A stretch of DNA of 63,329 bases, counting the filler, from Octopus bimaculoides (lineage: Eukaryota): assembly GCF_001194135.2 (NCBI RefSeq). It is 8 parts of 7 records of this genome, joined end to end, with 100 filler letters (N's around TTAATTAATTAA, not from the genome) between each part and the next. Parts side by side here need not be neighbours in the genome. Positions count along the whole stretch, not along the records: positions 60,220 to 63,329 come from NC_068991.1; 7 more parts are not named here. One strand, 5' to 3'. The notes beneath the pieces were generated by a model. That model searched no databases. It worked only from the letters and a program-made list of their open reading frames with translations, and was not told the DNA's origin. This document shows positions 60,799 through 63,329 of this stretch, piece after piece. Position 1 is the stretch's first letter, and the number at the start of each line of letters is the position of its first letter. The position numbers and the translations under genes are program-made.

Positions 60799-61369
60799 TA
60801 TATGACCGTTGACTGAACACTATTCAATTTTTTTTCTCCGTGTTTTTCTCCTTGTCTCCGTATTCTTNNNNNNNNNNNNNNNNNNNNNNNNNNNNNNNNN
60901 NNNNNNNNNNNNNNNNNNNNNNNNNNNNNNNNNNNNNNNNNNNNNNNNNNNNNNNNNNNNNNNNNNNNNNNNNNNNNNNNNNNNNNNNNNNNNNNNNNNN
61001 NNNNNNNNNNNNNNNNNNNNNNNNNNNNNNNNNNNNNNNNNNNNNNNNNNNNNNNNNNNNNNNNNNNNNNNNNNNNNNNNNNNNNNNNNNNNNNNNNNNN
61101 NNNNNNNNNNNNNNNNNNNNNNNNNNNNNNNNNNNNNNNNNNNNNNNNNNNNNNNNNNNNNNNNNNNNNNNNNNNNNNNNNNNNNNNNNNNNNNNNNNNN
61201 NNNNNNNNNNNNNNNNNNNNNNNNNNNNNNNNNNNNNNNNNNNNNNNNNNNNNNNNNNNNNNNNNNNNNNNNNNNNNNNNNNNNNNNNNNNNNNNNNNNN
61301 NNNNNNNNNNNNNNNNNNNNNNNNNNNNNNNNNNNNNNNNNNNNNNNNNNNNNNNNNNNNNNNNNNNNN

Positions 61370-61890
61370 GCGTTTTGTTTTCACGATTTTCGATTTCGTG
61401 ATGAGGTTAGTGCGGAAAAGTTATGAGTTGACATCAAGATAATTGGTCTTAAATCTCAGAACTCTGCGAGAATATCTTCTTTCTCCACAAATGCATCGAT
61501 AAATGGGAAAAGTGGAAAATGATATCTCTACTTATTTATTAGCTATAATATACAGTTTCATTGCATCTTCGTCGGCTAGTTTTTGAATGCCTGCGATGAA
61601 ATTACTCTAAAATACGACGTATTTTTTTTTTCTTTCTGTGACTTCATCTTCTGTCCCCACAAGGAGGAACGGGGGTGTACTGTAATCTACATCTACATGA
61701 AAAATTTTCTGATTTTCTGAATTCGATAAATTACAATATTTATCATATTTTTTCCATATTTTGAGGCGTTTGTGGAGGTAGAAGATGAAGACACTGTCGA
61801 AGATTTTAGACTAGTTATTTTCATGTCCATTCACAACTTTTCCGCACTACCCCCATAACGAAGTCGAAAGTCGTGAAAAATGTTCCACCC
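61370..61890. mobile_element. PIF/Harbinger (Tourist)-like MITE; left end lost in a gap
   Basis: Inverted repeat of about 50 bp (61378-61426 and 61831-61880); right terminus ...GTTCCACCC followed by TAA. Confidence 0.6.
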
Positions 61891-61892
61891 TA

Positions 61893-61954
<62 letters not shown>

Positions 61955-62263
61955 GCACACACACACATCCCCGTGTGTGTATGTCTCTGTATGTGTGTGG
62001 TATGCACGCGTGCATTGTGCGTATCTGTAATCGAACATACTATTGTAATTGGTGTGTGACTTTGAGCATGGCCACAGTCCAGAGATTGTAAGCAATTCAA
62101 GCATCAATATACATACATACATACGAACGTACCAACTTACCTACCTTCCTACATACATACATACATACATACATACATACATACATACATACATCCGTAC
62201 ACACACACACATACATACATCCATCCATACATACATACATACATACATACACACATACATACA

Positions 62264-62531
62264 TAGTAGTTGGTGGTTGTCTAATCCTTGTCCAGAGTTT
62301 CACCATCTCCTGCACCTACACCTTAGTACCATGGCATCTGATGTGGCTTTTTATATCAGACAATGTTCTGAAAAGACACCCAAATAGATTGCATCTCCGA
62401 TTTGGACCACCAAGAGCTGCAGATAAGTTCTGCTCTTTGTCGAACTTAAAATGTCTCTTGAGGCCTCCGTTGGATTTGCAAACCTTCTGGCATACACTGC
62501 ATTGAAAGGTGTGCACAGACATATAGGCAAA
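62264..62531 (-). mobile_element. Probable LINE 3' end encoding two degenerate C2H2 zinc fingers, (TATG)n tail
   Basis: FQCSVCQKVCKSNGGLKRHFK and RCNLFGCLFRTLSDIKSHIRCH, then a stop and short UTR. Embedded in (CATA)n on both sides, with no TGEKP linkers. Confidence 0.55.
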
Positions 62532-63105
62532 ATACATACATACATACATACATACATACATGTTTGACTTGTTGGTGTGTTTATGTCCCTGTATATTAGC
62601 GGTTCGGCAAAGAGGACCGTTAGAATGAATACTCAGCTTAAAAGAAAGTCCTTGGATCGATTTGGTCGATTAAATCTTTCAAGGTGGTGCCCCAGCATGG
62701 CCGCAGGCAAATGTCTGAGATAAATAAAAAAAAAAATAAAAAAACATATATACCTGACACGCAGATATACGCCGACAGCGGAGGTCCATTTGCACCCATA
62801 AAATCTTGGGTTATGTCTATCTGCGTTATATTATCTGCAGTAAACTTAGGCCGTACGATTGAATTCGGCCAGTGGGAAAATCTGTAGAATAGCATCGGGT
62901 AAGCTGTATTTGCCCTTCAAAAGAGCAGCTTTGTCATGCTGTGTCATGCTAATGTTAACTAGGTAATACACTAGAATATGTGGAATACTTTGCAAGACTT
63001 CGTACTCTAACTCATTGAATAGGTAACTTGTCCAGTGATCGAAATCGACAGGAGAGCCCATCATATATGTATGTATATATTCAACAAATATTGATTTCAA
63101 ATTTT

Positions 63106-63290
63106 GGCACAAGGCCCGCAAGTCGATAAACATTGACCCCCTCCCCCAGTGCTCAACTGATACTTATTTTATCGACCACGAAAGGATAAAAAGTCAACCT
63201 CAGCGGAATCTGAACTTAGAATGTAAGGAGGGATGAAATGCTACTAATCATTTTGCCTGGCGTACTAACGATTCGACCTGTTCACCGCCT
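63106..63290 (-). mobile_element. SINE family B, tail type B2, degenerate
   Basis: GGCACAAGGCCCG...TTTATCGACC.CGAAAGGAT...CAACCTC.GCGGAAT.TGAACT.AGAA. Confidence 0.8.
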
Positions 63291-63329
63291 TTATATATGC
63301 AATAAATATTAATGTATATATATATATAT

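Overview
This is 63 kb of AT-rich, microsatellite-saturated, gapped eukaryotic scaffold. It is not prokaryotic: there are no operons, and almost all long ORFs in the track are translations of simple repeats or N-runs. The repeat inventory and TTAGGG repeats suggest a cephalopod (Octopus-like) genome; this is inference, not a database result. Most of the window is retroposon and transposon debris: at least three abundant tRNA-headed SINE families (labelled A, B and C here), RTE, R4/Dong-like and Penelope-like non-LTR elements, a Ty3/Gypsy fragment, Tc1/mariner elements (DD41D, maT-like, mariner), several MITEs, five tandem arrays and a 5S rRNA-like copy. A few plus-strand host exon candidates lie at 21734, 37469, 39186 and 56492. 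The most notable signals are: (1) two dispersed copies of one type-I hammerhead ribozyme family plus a second hammerhead type; (2) a chain of R4/Dong-like elements joined through (TAA)n; (3) a fold-back element built around an inverted (CCCTAA)n/(TTAGGG)n core; (4) a transposon made of two inverted 3' halves of a DD41D transposase.
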